Positions 43,816-51,722 of a stretch of 64,000 nt of DNA are shown here, in pieces. Every line of letters starts with the position of its first letter. Position 1 is the stretch's first letter. The position numbers and the translations under genes are program-made. This DNA comes from Gemmatimonadales bacterium (lineage in GTDB: Bacteria > Gemmatimonadota > Gemmatimonadetes > Gemmatimonadales > GWC2-71-9): assembly GCA_036395695.1 (NCBI GenBank), contig DASWDA010000075.1, positions 13,441 through 77,440 on the forward strand, read 5' to 3'. The notes below the pieces were generated by a model, which was not told the origin of the DNA, made no database searches, and was given only the letters and a program-made list of their open reading frames with translations.

Positions 43816-44673
43816 CTAGGACAGGAAGCTTTCCAGTGCGCGAGCTCTGGAGACGTGACGGAGCCTCGCCAGCGCCTTTTCCTTCAATTGGCGGACGCGT
43901 TCCCGCGTGATGCCCAGCTGCGAGCCGATCTCCTCCAGCGTCATCGGCTCCTGGCCCTCCAGCCCAAAATAAAGGCGCAGGATGCGGGCCTCACGCTCTT
44001 TCAACGTCGCGAGCACCGACTCGATCGACTCGGTGAGGGCGTGCTCGAAGATCTCGTCGTCGGGACCCGGATTGGTCGTGTCGGGCAAATAGTCGAGCAA
44101 TTTGTTGTCTTCGCCCGGCGTGAGCGGCGCGTCGAGCGAGAGATGCGCCTGCGAGATCGACAGCGTCTTGGCGACTTCCTCCTCGGAGATGTCCATCCCC
44201 TCGGCGATCTCTTCGACGGTGGGCTCGCGGCCCAGCTCCTGCAGCAGCGAGGCGGAGCGCTTGCCGATGCGATGCAGCGTGCCGGCGCGGTTCAGCGGAA
44301 CGCGCACGATGCGCGATTGCTCCGCGAGCGCCTGGAGGATCGCCTGGCGAATCCACCAGACCGCGTACGAGATGAACTTGATGCCTTTCGTCTCGTCGAA
44401 CTTGTGCGCGGCGCGGATCAAGCCGAGGTTGCCCTCGTTGATCAGATCGGAGAGCGAGACGCCCTGATTCTGATATTTCTTGGCGACGGACACGACAAAG
44501 CGCAGGTTGGAGCGCACCAGCTTATCCAGTGCCTCCCGATCGTTCTGCTTGATCCGCTGCGCGAGCGTGACCTCTTCTTCTCGCGTAATCAGCGGATACT
44601 GACTGATTTCCCGCAGATACTGATCCAGAGATCCCTCGTCATATGACGCGCGCCTCGCCGTATTCAGCTGCAT
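43816..44673 (-). CDS. rpoD: RNA polymerase sigma-70 family factor, RpoD/SigA-like (short form without region 1.1)
   Basis: YLREISQYPLITREEEVTLAQRI and NLRFVVSVAKKYQNQGVSLSDLINEGNLGLIRAAHKFD cover region 2. Regions 3 and 4 follow, including TLEEIGSQLGITRERVRQLKEKAL. Confidence 0.8.
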   Translation of the reverse strand: MQLNTARRASYDEGSLDQYLREISQYPLITREEEVTLAQRIKQNDREALDKLVRSNLRFVVSVAKKYQNQGVSLSDLINEGNLGLIRAAHKFDETKGIKFISYAVWWIRQAILQALAEQSRIVRVPLNRAGTLHRIGKRSASLLQELGREPTVEEIAEGMDISEEEVAKTLSISQAHLSLDAPLTPGEDNKLLDYLPDTTNPGPDDEIFEHALTESIESVLATLKEREARILRLYFGLEGQEPMTLEEIGSQLGITRERVRQLKEKALARLRHVSRARALESFLS

Positions 44674-44704
44674 GGGGTGGCCACTCCTTTCGGGGAAGCT
44701 ACCT

Positions 44705-45475
44705 CTAGTGAATCAGCGAACCGAGCCGACTCCAACGAATGTCCGTCAACCAGGGGAGCGCGTCATGCGTTCCCCGCTCATAACTGAAATAGACGACGAG
44801 CGGGCGACCCTTCACCGCGCTCACATCGACAAATCCCCAATAGCGCGAATCCTCGGAATTGTCCCGGTTGTCGCCCAGCACGAAATACTTGTCCATCGGG
44901 ACGCGAAGCGGGCCCCAGGTATCACGCGTCGGATGATAGCCGCGGCGCTGCTCGACGCTGGGCGGCACGAGATACTCGCGCTGCCAGTTGAACTTGGGAT
45001 CGAATCCGTCGTGCAGTGGATCCTGGCGCTGCACGTACGGCTCCTCCAACGCGCGGCCGTTGACGTACACCTGCCCGATCCGCATTTCGACGATGTCACC
45101 CGGCGCGCCGACGACCCGCTTCACATAGCTGAGCGACGGGTCCTTCGGATACGCGAACACGATCACGTCGCCGCGGTGTGGCGTATTGAAACCGGGCAGT
45201 CGTGCGCTGGTCCCGGGGATCTGCGCGCCGTACACCGCCTTGTTGACGAACAGAAAATCCCCGACCAGCAGCGTGCGTTCCATGCTGCCGGAGGGGATTT
45301 GAAAGGCTTCGAGCAGGAAGGTGCGAATGATGATGAACAGCACGAGCGCCATACCAAGGGATCGCATCCAACTGTCGAACCAGCGGGCGAGTACAGACCG
45401 CCGCGATGACGGGGTCGGCGGGAGCCGTGGCGTATCTGCGCCATGTCCAGCCACGGAGGGCCCCAAGTCATGCAT
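44705..45475 (-). CDS. lepB: Signal peptidase I
   Basis: IPSGSMERTLLVGDFLFVNK (catalytic Ser), VKRVVGAPGD and GDNRDNSEDSRYWG. The start is ATG 45475 or ATG 45511. Confidence 0.9.
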   Translation of the reverse strand: MHDLGPSVAGHGADTPRLPPTPSSRRSVLARWFDSWMRSLGMALVLFIIIRTFLLEAFQIPSGSMERTLLVGDFLFVNKAVYGAQIPGTSARLPGFNTPHRGDVIVFAYPKDPSLSYVKRVVGAPGDIVEMRIGQVYVNGRALEEPYVQRQDPLHDGFDPKFNWQREYLVPPSVEQRRGYHPTRDTWGPLRVPMDKYFVLGDNRDNSEDSRYWGFVDVSAVKGRPLVVYFSYERGTHDALPWLTDIRWSRLGSLIH

Positions 45476-45485
45476 GTGATTTATC

Positions 45486-45731
45486 TTAGCAAGCCGGCCC
45501 GCACGGCGCAACGGTTACGCCCCATCCGCGGGGCTCGGCCCATTGCCTGACTCTGACTCGGAATTCAGAAACCGGGTCCCGATGACGAACGCGGGCGGCG
45601 AGACAGGCGAGCGGACCTTCGCGCTCGATGCGACACCATGTGACGGCGGTCTCCGGTAACGCGTCGAGCGCGTCACGTTCGAGGCGCGCGCCCTGGGTCG
45701 CGAGGACGACCACCACGGACTCGTACGGCAT
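45486..45731 (-). CDS. Hypothetical small protein (weak call)
   Basis: This is the only ORF filling the 278-nt gap between the MoeZ-like gene and lepB. The first half has G/C-rich third positions and the second half does not. I recognise no motif. Confidence 0.25.
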   Translation of the reverse strand: MPYESVVVVLATQGARLERDALDALPETAVTWCRIEREGPLACLAARVRHRDPVSEFRVRVRQWAEPRGWGVTVAPCGPAC

Positions 45732-45789
45732 GTCCCGACGCTAGCCGTCCGCCGGTGATCATCGTCACCATTCGGTCGCCGGGTGGTTC

Positions 45790-46944
45790 TTAATAACGCG
45801 GCAGCGTCGGATCCACCTCCTCCTGCCACCGCAGGATCCCGCCCGTCAGGTTCGTGACGCGCGGGAATCCTGCCTCGGCGAGATGCGACGCGGCCGCCCG
45901 GCTGCGACTGCCGCCCTTACAGTAGACGACTACTTCCCTCTCGCGATCGAGTGTGTCGACGACATCGGGGAGGGTCGCCAGCGGGACGAGCCGCGCGCCC
46001 GGAATCCGCGCGATGTCCCACTCGAACTGCTCGCGCACGTCGAGCAGCTGCAGCGCCTCGCCCCGTGATAGCCGGCTCTGGAGTTCCCGGGGCGTGACCT
46101 CGACGAACCCACCCACCGCGCGTGGCTCCGCTTCGGCGGCGCGAACCCCGCAGAACTGCTCGTAATCGATGAGCGCTTGGATCTCGTGGGTGCCGCACGC
46201 GGGGCACGTGGGATCCTTGCGCACGTTGACGGTGCGGAACGTCATCCCGAGGGTGTCGATGAGGAGCAACCGTCCCCGCAGCGGCTCGCCGGCGCCGACG
46301 ATCAGCTTGATCGCCTCCGTGGCCTGAATCGTCCCCACCAGCCCGGGCAGGACCCCCAACACGCCACCCTCCGCGCAGCTGGGCACCAGGCCGGGCGGTG
46401 GCGGCTCTGGAAACAGACAGCGATAGCATGGTCCATCCGGCAGTGCGAACACCGACGCCTGCCCCTCGAACCGGAAGATGCTGCCGTACACGTTTGGCTT
46501 GCCCAGCAGCACACAGGCGTCGTTGACGAGATAGCGCGTCGCGAAGTTGTCGGTGCCGTCGACGACAATGTCGTACCCGCTGAGAATGTCGAGCGCGTTC
46601 TTCGAGGTCAGGGCCGTCTCGTAGGTCTCGAGCCGGACGTGCGGGTTCACATCGGCGATGCGCTCCCGCGCCGAGACCAGCTTGGGCCGACCAACGTCCT
46701 TCGTGCCGTGCAGGATCTGTCGCTGCAGGTTCGTGACGTCGACGTTGTCGAAGTCCACGAGGCCAAGGGTGCCGACGCCGGCCGCGGCGAGATAGAGCGC
46801 CGCGGGCGATCCGAGCCCGCCCGCGCCGATGAGCAGGACCCGAGCGGCCTTGAGCTTTTCCTGGCCCGGGACGCCGACATCGGGAAGGATGAGATGCCGG
46901 CTGTAGCGCACCAGCTCGGCCTGGACGAGCGTCGTCACGGTCAA
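45790..46944 (-). CDS. MoeB/ThiF-type adenylyltransferase fused to a rhodanese domain (MoeZ-like sulfur-carrier activating enzyme)
   Basis: VLLIGAGGLGSPAALYLAAAGVGTLGLVDFDNVDVTNLQRQ matches the adenylyltransferase core. CYRCLFPEPP...PSCAEGGVLG is present. The rhodanese tail has VVVYCKGGSRS. Confidence 0.85.
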   Translation of the reverse strand: MTVTTLVQAELVRYSRHLILPDVGVPGQEKLKAARVLLIGAGGLGSPAALYLAAAGVGTLGLVDFDNVDVTNLQRQILHGTKDVGRPKLVSARERIADVNPHVRLETYETALTSKNALDILSGYDIVVDGTDNFATRYLVNDACVLLGKPNVYGSIFRFEGQASVFALPDGPCYRCLFPEPPPPGLVPSCAEGGVLGVLPGLVGTIQATEAIKLIVGAGEPLRGRLLLIDTLGMTFRTVNVRKDPTCPACGTHEIQALIDYEQFCGVRAAEAEPRAVGGFVEVTPRELQSRLSRGEALQLLDVREQFEWDIARIPGARLVPLATLPDVVDTLDREREVVVYCKGGSRSRAAASHLAEAGFPRVTNLTGGILRWQEEVDPTLPRY

Positions 46945-47216
46945 CCTCCTGCGATCGCCGGGACGACGATGATCTCATCGCCGTCGCGCACGCTCGCCGC
47001 AAATCCGCCCTGGAGTCTGGCGTCGTCGTCGTTCACGTAAAAGGTCACGAAGGGATAGGGCTGACCGGCGGCGTCACGCAGCCGCGGGGCCAACCCCGGG
47101 AATCGGGCGGCGACGTCGGCGACGACGTCGCCCAGCGTCGATCCGTGTGCTTGGAGCGAACGCTGGCCGTCGGCCAACTTTGCGAGCACCGTGGGAAGTT
47201 GCAGCGTGATGCTCAT
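46941..47216 (-). CDS. CysO/MoaD/ThiS-family ubiquitin-like sulfur carrier protein (C-terminal GG)
   Basis: MSITLQLPTVLAKLADGQRSLQAHGSTLGDVV...FYVNDDDARLQGGFAASVRDGDEIIVVPAIAGG closely parallels my recollection of mycobacterial CysO. AGGAGA lies upstream of ATG 47216. ATGA overlaps occur on both sides. Confidence 0.8.
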   Translation of the reverse strand: MSITLQLPTVLAKLADGQRSLQAHGSTLGDVVADVAARFPGLAPRLRDAAGQPYPFVTFYVNDDDARLQGGFAASVRDGDEIIVVPAIAGG

Positions 47217-48187
47217 GATATCTCCTGACTGGTGACTGGCACGTGGTGCGTGGTGACTGCAGACACCGATGCACCCGGGACGGCACTCGAACATGTGATC
47301 AGCTCGGCCGCAATGCCGACGTCGCGCCACGCGGCGAGCATCGCCGTACCGACCGCAGCCGATCGCTCGCGCGGGGCGATCGCCACGATCGCGGAGCCGG
47401 CACCCGACAACGTCGCCCCGAACGCTCCGGCGCGCTGCCCGGCGGCGACAACGGCATCGTAACCGGGAATGCGCGCGCGTCGGAACGGCACGTGCAGCAG
47501 ATCGTCGAGCGCGGCGCCCAGGAGGGCGCCATCACCCGTCGCCAGACCCTGCACCAGTGCCGCGGCCCGGCTGGCCGCGACCACTGCATCGCTGTGGGGC
47601 AACGTGTGTGGCAGCGCGGCGCGCGCCGCTTTCGTGTCATTCGGAAATGGCGGCACCGCAATCAGCAGCTCGATCGCGGGCGAGACCCGCAGCGACGAAG
47701 AGACAAATCCGGCCTGCGTGTGGACGCTCAACACCGCACCCCCGTAAATCGCCGCCGCCACGTTATCGGGATGACCTTCGATCGTTGTAGCGATCTCGAG
47801 GATTTTGGCGCGAGACAGACCCAGCTCGAGCGCCGCGTCCGCCAGCATTGCGCCGGCCACGATCGCCGCCGCCGATGATCCGAGCCCACAGCCGACGGGA
47901 ATGTCCGAGGCAGCGTCGATTGTCACGCCCCCCCCGCCCCCCCCGCCCCCCCCCGTCCCCGTGGGCGATGCACCGCCCGCGGCGCAGGCGGCGCGAAAGC
48001 CGCGCGTGATGAGATCCTGGTCCGCCCGTACGCGGACGGTGCTCAACGTCCCGCGGCGACGGATCGAGATCCCGCTTCCCCCCAGCGTGACGGACGCGAC
48101 GAGCCAGCGGTCGACCGCGATGCCGATACAATCAAAGCCCGCGCCGAGATTGCTCGAGCTCGCCGGCACACGCACGCGCGCGGTCAT
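47213..48187 (-). CDS. thrB: Homoserine kinase (GHMP family) with an internal poly-Gly insertion
   Basis: VPASSSNLGAGFDCIG, and PVGCGLGSSAAAIVAG (GHMP motif II), and GATLSGAGSAIVA. It contains TGTGGGGGGGGGV. Confidence 0.85.
   Translation of the reverse strand: MTARVRVPASSSNLGAGFDCIGIAVDRWLVASVTLGGSGISIRRRGTLSTVRVRADQDLITRGFRAACAAGGASPTGTGGGGGGGGGVTIDAASDIPVGCGLGSSAAAIVAGAMLADAALELGLSRAKILEIATTIEGHPDNVAAAIYGGAVLSVHTQAGFVSSSLRVSPAIELLIAVPPFPNDTKAARAALPHTLPHSDAVVAASRAAALVQGLATGDGALLGAALDDLLHVPFRRARIPGYDAVVAAGQRAGAFGATLSGAGSAIVAIAPRERSAAVGTAMLAAWRDVGIAAELITCSSAVPGASVSAVTTHHVPVTSQEIS
47927..47953 (-). repeat. Perfect tandem repeat (GGGGGGGGC)x3 on the thrB coding strand
   Basis: The plus strand reads GCCCCCCCC three times and encodes nine consecutive Gly. 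The adjacent GGGG gives four or more G-runs. Confidence 0.9.
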
Positions 48188-49437
48188 GAGGCGTCCTTCA
48201 CGAGCGCGCGCACCTCGGCCACGCGCGCCGCGATGATGGGGGCCGCGGGCAACACCGGGGCCACGACGTCGACAGTCTTGAGTCCGTTTCCCGTGATGCA
48301 CAACACGACTTCGTCATCGGGTGAGAACCGGCCTTCGGCCGCCAACGCCAGCGCCGCGGCGACGGTGACACCGCCCGCGGTCTCGGTGAAGATCCCCGCC
48401 TCCTCCGCGAGCAGCCGAATCCCGGCGACGAGCTCCGCGTCCGACACCGCTGCGGCCCAGCCGCCCGATTCAAGAATCGCACGCTTGGCGAACAGGCCAT
48501 CGGCGGGATTCCCGATCGCAATCGAGCGGGCGATGGTGTGCGGCACGACCGGCTCGATGGCGTCGGCGTTGTCGCGCACGAGTCGCACGATCGGCGCGCA
48601 CCCCGCCGCTTGCGCGCCGAAGATCCGGGGGGCGCCTCCGCTGACCAGTCCGGCGGCGCTGAACTCCCGGAAACCCTTCCGAAGCTTGGTCACGAGTGAG
48701 CCGCCCGCCATCGGAGCAACCACCGCGGTCGGCAGCCGCCACCCCAGTTGCTCGGCGATCTCGAACGCCATCGTCTTCGACCCTTCGCCGTAGTAGCCGC
48801 GCAGGTTGACGTTCACGATGCCCCAGCTGAACAGGTCTGCCACCTGCGCGCACAGCCGATTCACGTCGTCGTAGTGGCCACGCACCCGCACCAGTCGTGC
48901 GCCAAACACCGCGGTCCCGACGATCTTGGCGACCTCGAGATCCTCCGGAATGAAGATCCAGGCCTTGAGCCCGGCGCGCGCCGCCTGCGCGGCGACGGCG
49001 TTTGCCAGATTGCCCGTCGAGGCACAGCCGATCGTGTCGAGCCCGAACGCGGCGGCCGCGTTGATCGCCGTCGCGACGACCCGGTCCTTGAACGACAGGG
49101 ATGGATGCGAGACCGCGTCGTTCTTGACCCAGACGCGCGCCACGCCGAGCCGCGCGGCGAGCCGCGGCGCCTCGACGAGCGGAGTGCCGCCGGTATCGAG
49201 CGACAGGACGGGCTCGCCGTCGAACGGCAGCCACTCGCGGTACCGCCAGAGCGACCAGGGACGCGCCGCGATCGCATCGCGCGTAGGGAGCACCCGTGCC
49301 GCATCGACAACCGGATCGAGGGGGCCGAGGCATTGCTCGCAGATCGCCACGGGAGCTGGCTGATGTAGCGTGCCGCACGCTCGGCACACCTGCGGCCGGG
49401 GCCGTAACGCCGCGGGCGGCGCCACGGTGGTCGTCAT
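48184..49437 (-). CDS. thrC: Threonine synthase-family PLP enzyme with an N-terminal Zn-ribbon
   Basis: CRACGTLHQPAPVAICEQCLG is a CxxC...CxxC ribbon. HPSLSFKDRV carries the PLP lysine. CASTGNLANAVAAQAA and ...LCITGNGLK are present. Confidence 0.8.
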   Translation of the reverse strand: MTTTVAPPAALRPRPQVCRACGTLHQPAPVAICEQCLGPLDPVVDAARVLPTRDAIAARPWSLWRYREWLPFDGEPVLSLDTGGTPLVEAPRLAARLGVARVWVKNDAVSHPSLSFKDRVVATAINAAAAFGLDTIGCASTGNLANAVAAQAARAGLKAWIFIPEDLEVAKIVGTAVFGARLVRVRGHYDDVNRLCAQVADLFSWGIVNVNLRGYYGEGSKTMAFEIAEQLGWRLPTAVVAPMAGGSLVTKLRKGFREFSAAGLVSGGAPRIFGAQAAGCAPIVRLVRDNADAIEPVVPHTIARSIAIGNPADGLFAKRAILESGGWAAAVSDAELVAGIRLLAEEAGIFTETAGGVTVAAALALAAEGRFSPDDEVVLCITGNGLKTVDVVAPVLPAAPIIAARVAEVRALVKDAS

Positions 49438-50324
49438 GGCGTCGCCCCCACTGCCGGTGCCGGCGTTTGCCGGGCCGCACGAATCAGCGCCTCATCGGCC
49501 GCGTCGATTTGATAGCAATGTTCCGGACCCGGGAAGACGCTGGCCCGGACGTCGCGCGCGTACTCGCTGAACGCACGCTCCACCTGCGCGCCCACCTCCG
49601 CGTACCGCCTCACAAACCGCGGCGCGATGTCGCCCACGAAGTTGCCGAGCATGTCGTGCGAGATGACGAGCTGCCCGTCCACGTGCGGACCGGCCCCGAT
49701 CCCATAGAGAAGCACTCCAACACGCTCGCGCACAAAGGCCGCGGTCTCGGCGGGAACCGCTTCCAGCAGAATCGAGAAGGCGCCGGCGCGCTCCAGCGCT
49801 TCGGCATCGCGCAGCAAGCGTTCGGCAGCGGCGAGGCATTTGCCCTGCACCCGGTAGCCACCGAGCTGCCCAATGCTTTGCGGCGTGAGGCCCAGGTGTC
49901 CCATCACCGCGATGCCGGCGTCCACCATGGCGCGGACGCGGCGTGCGACGCGGGTTCCCCCTTCACACTTCACCGCGTCGCAGCCGGCCGCTATGAAGGC
50001 ACCCGCACTGCGAATCGCCGTCTCGTCCGACGGCTGGTACGACAGGAACGGCAAATCGCCCACCACGAAGGCGTGCTTCGCGGCGCGCGTGACCGCTTTA
50101 ATGAAGACCAGCATTTCGTCGAGTCCGATTTGCAGCGTGCTCGGCAGGCCCAGCATCGTCATCGCCGCGGAATCGCCCACGAGAATCATGTCGACGCCCG
50201 CCCGGTCCGCGAATGTGGCCGTGGGGTAGTCGTAGGCCGTGACGAAGACGGCCTTCTCGTTGCGTGCCTTCAACCCGGCCAGGGTGGCGACGGTGACCTT
50301 ACGAACCGACATGGACGCCTCCAT
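49434..50324 (-). CDS. panB: 3-methyl-2-oxobutanoate hydroxymethyltransferase
   Basis: VFVTAYDYPTATFADRAGVDMILVGDSAAMTMLG...VVGDLPFLSYQ...VKCEGG. The alternative start is ATG 50312. Confidence 0.93.
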   Translation of the reverse strand: MEASMSVRKVTVATLAGLKARNEKAVFVTAYDYPTATFADRAGVDMILVGDSAAMTMLGLPSTLQIGLDEMLVFIKAVTRAAKHAFVVGDLPFLSYQPSDETAIRSAGAFIAAGCDAVKCEGGTRVARRVRAMVDAGIAVMGHLGLTPQSIGQLGGYRVQGKCLAAAERLLRDAEALERAGAFSILLEAVPAETAAFVRERVGVLLYGIGAGPHVDGQLVISHDMLGNFVGDIAPRFVRRYAEVGAQVERAFSEYARDVRASVFPGPEHCYQIDAADEALIRAARQTPAPAVGATP

Positions 50325-51516
50325 CGGTCAGAGAAGCGACCGCGAGGTCGCTGACAAATTCGCGGATCCGCTCGAGCGCGAGATCGAGATCGGCGGGCGA
50401 CACGGCGCACGACAGACGCAGATGGCCGGCGCCACCCGGTCCGAAGTCGGTGCCGGGCAGCACCGCCACACCGTAGTCGTCGAGCAGGCGGGCGGCGAGC
50501 TTGCGGGTCGAGAGCCCCGATCGCTCTTCGACCAGCCGCACGTCCGGGAACGCGTAGAACGCTCCCGCAGGCCGCGCGCAGCGGACGCCCGGAAGGCCGT
50601 TCAAGCCGTCGACCAGCCAATCCCTCCGGCGCTCGAACCGCGCCACCGCTGCGGTCACGGCATCCTGCGGCCCGGTGAGCGCGGCGACCCCCGCCAGCTG
50701 CACGAACGGCGGCGTACAAGACGTGCCGTTGACCACCAGCGTCGTCACGCGCTCGACCAGCGCCGCGGGCAGCACGCCGAAGCCCAGCCGCCAGCCGGTC
50801 ATGTTATAGGACTTCGAGAAGCTGTCCACGATGATGGTGCGCTCGAGCAGGTCCGGCAGGGCCGCGATGCTGTCCGAACGCCCATCGTACCGGATCCGGC
50901 CGTACACCTCGTCCGAGACCACGACGAGGTCGTGCCGCAACGCGAGCTGAGCGATCGCGTGCAGGGCATCCGTGGTCGCGACGCCGCCGGTGGGATTCCC
51001 AGGAAGATTCACGACCAGCGCGCGAGTGCGCGGGCCGATCAAAGGGGCGATGCGCTCAGCATCCAGCCCCCCCACTTCATCGAGCGGGTAGCGGACCGGG
51101 ACCGCCCCGGCGAACCGCACAACCGACGGATAGATCGGGAAACCGGGGTCCGGCACGAGCACCTCATCGCCCGCCTCGACCACGGCGAGGAGGGCGTAGA
51201 ACACCATCGGCTTGGCCCCCGGAACGACGACGACGTTCTCTGCCGACGCCCCCCGGACACCACGCCAGGGGAGCGATGCGGCAATCGCATCGCGCAAGGC
51301 GGGCAAGCCGGCCGGGTTCACATAACGCGTGTGGCCATCGTGCAGCGCGCGGACGCCTGCCTCGACCACGTGGGGCGGCGTTGCCCCGTCAGGCTCGCCG
51401 ATCTGGAGGTGAATCACGTGGCGACCGGCGGCCTCGAGGCGGCGTGCGGCCACCAACACGTCGAACGCGCCTTCGCCCGAGAGTGCATTGACTCGACTAG
51501 CAGGAACGACGGGCAT
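50299..51516 (-). CDS. Class I/II pyridoxal-phosphate aminotransferase (aspartate aminotransferase-like)
   Basis: Translation from ATG 51516 gives MPVVPASRVNALSGEGAFDVLVAARRLEAAGRHVIHLQIGEPDG...VVNLPGNPTG...DSFSKSYNMTGWRLG (PLP lysine context). Confidence 0.85.
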   Translation of the reverse strand: MPVVPASRVNALSGEGAFDVLVAARRLEAAGRHVIHLQIGEPDGATPPHVVEAGVRALHDGHTRYVNPAGLPALRDAIAASLPWRGVRGASAENVVVVPGAKPMVFYALLAVVEAGDEVLVPDPGFPIYPSVVRFAGAVPVRYPLDEVGGLDAERIAPLIGPRTRALVVNLPGNPTGGVATTDALHAIAQLALRHDLVVVSDEVYGRIRYDGRSDSIAALPDLLERTIIVDSFSKSYNMTGWRLGFGVLPAALVERVTTLVVNGTSCTPPFVQLAGVAALTGPQDAVTAAVARFERRRDWLVDGLNGLPGVRCARPAGAFYAFPDVRLVEERSGLSTRKLAARLLDDYGVAVLPGTDFGPGGAGHLRLSCAVSPADLDLALERIREFVSDLAVASLTDGGVHVGS

Positions 51517-51537
51517 GATCCCCCCACGGCCGGAACG

Positions 51538-51563
51538 AAAACGGCCGCTCAGCTGAGCGGCCG
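51538..51563 (-). terminator. Terminator-like or attenuator hairpin: perfect 22-nt palindrome followed by UUUU on the minus strand
   Basis: CGGCCGCTCAGCTGAGCGGCCG (51542-51563) is followed on the minus strand by TTTTCG. It lies about 25 nt upstream of the aminotransferase ATG. Confidence 0.5.
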
Positions 51564-51689
51564 CGGGAAGCGATTCCCTGAAACAATCATCGCCCGGACC
51601 AATAAAGCCGCGGGCGAGTCGCTTTTTAGCACCTTGTTTAACGTGGCGGCAATACGCGGCAAATGACCACGGGTCGACAGTTGTAAGGT

Positions 51690-51719
51690 ACTCTAGCCCC
51701 GCTGCACCGGCGCCGTCAA
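51690..51719 (-). promoter_or_regulatory. Sigma-70-type promoter candidate (minus strand) just after the ALDH stop
   Basis: The minus strand reads TTGACG, an 18-nt spacer, then TAGAGT. This predicts a leader of about 165 nt for the aminotransferase gene. Confidence 0.35.
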
Positions 51720-51722
51720 GGG

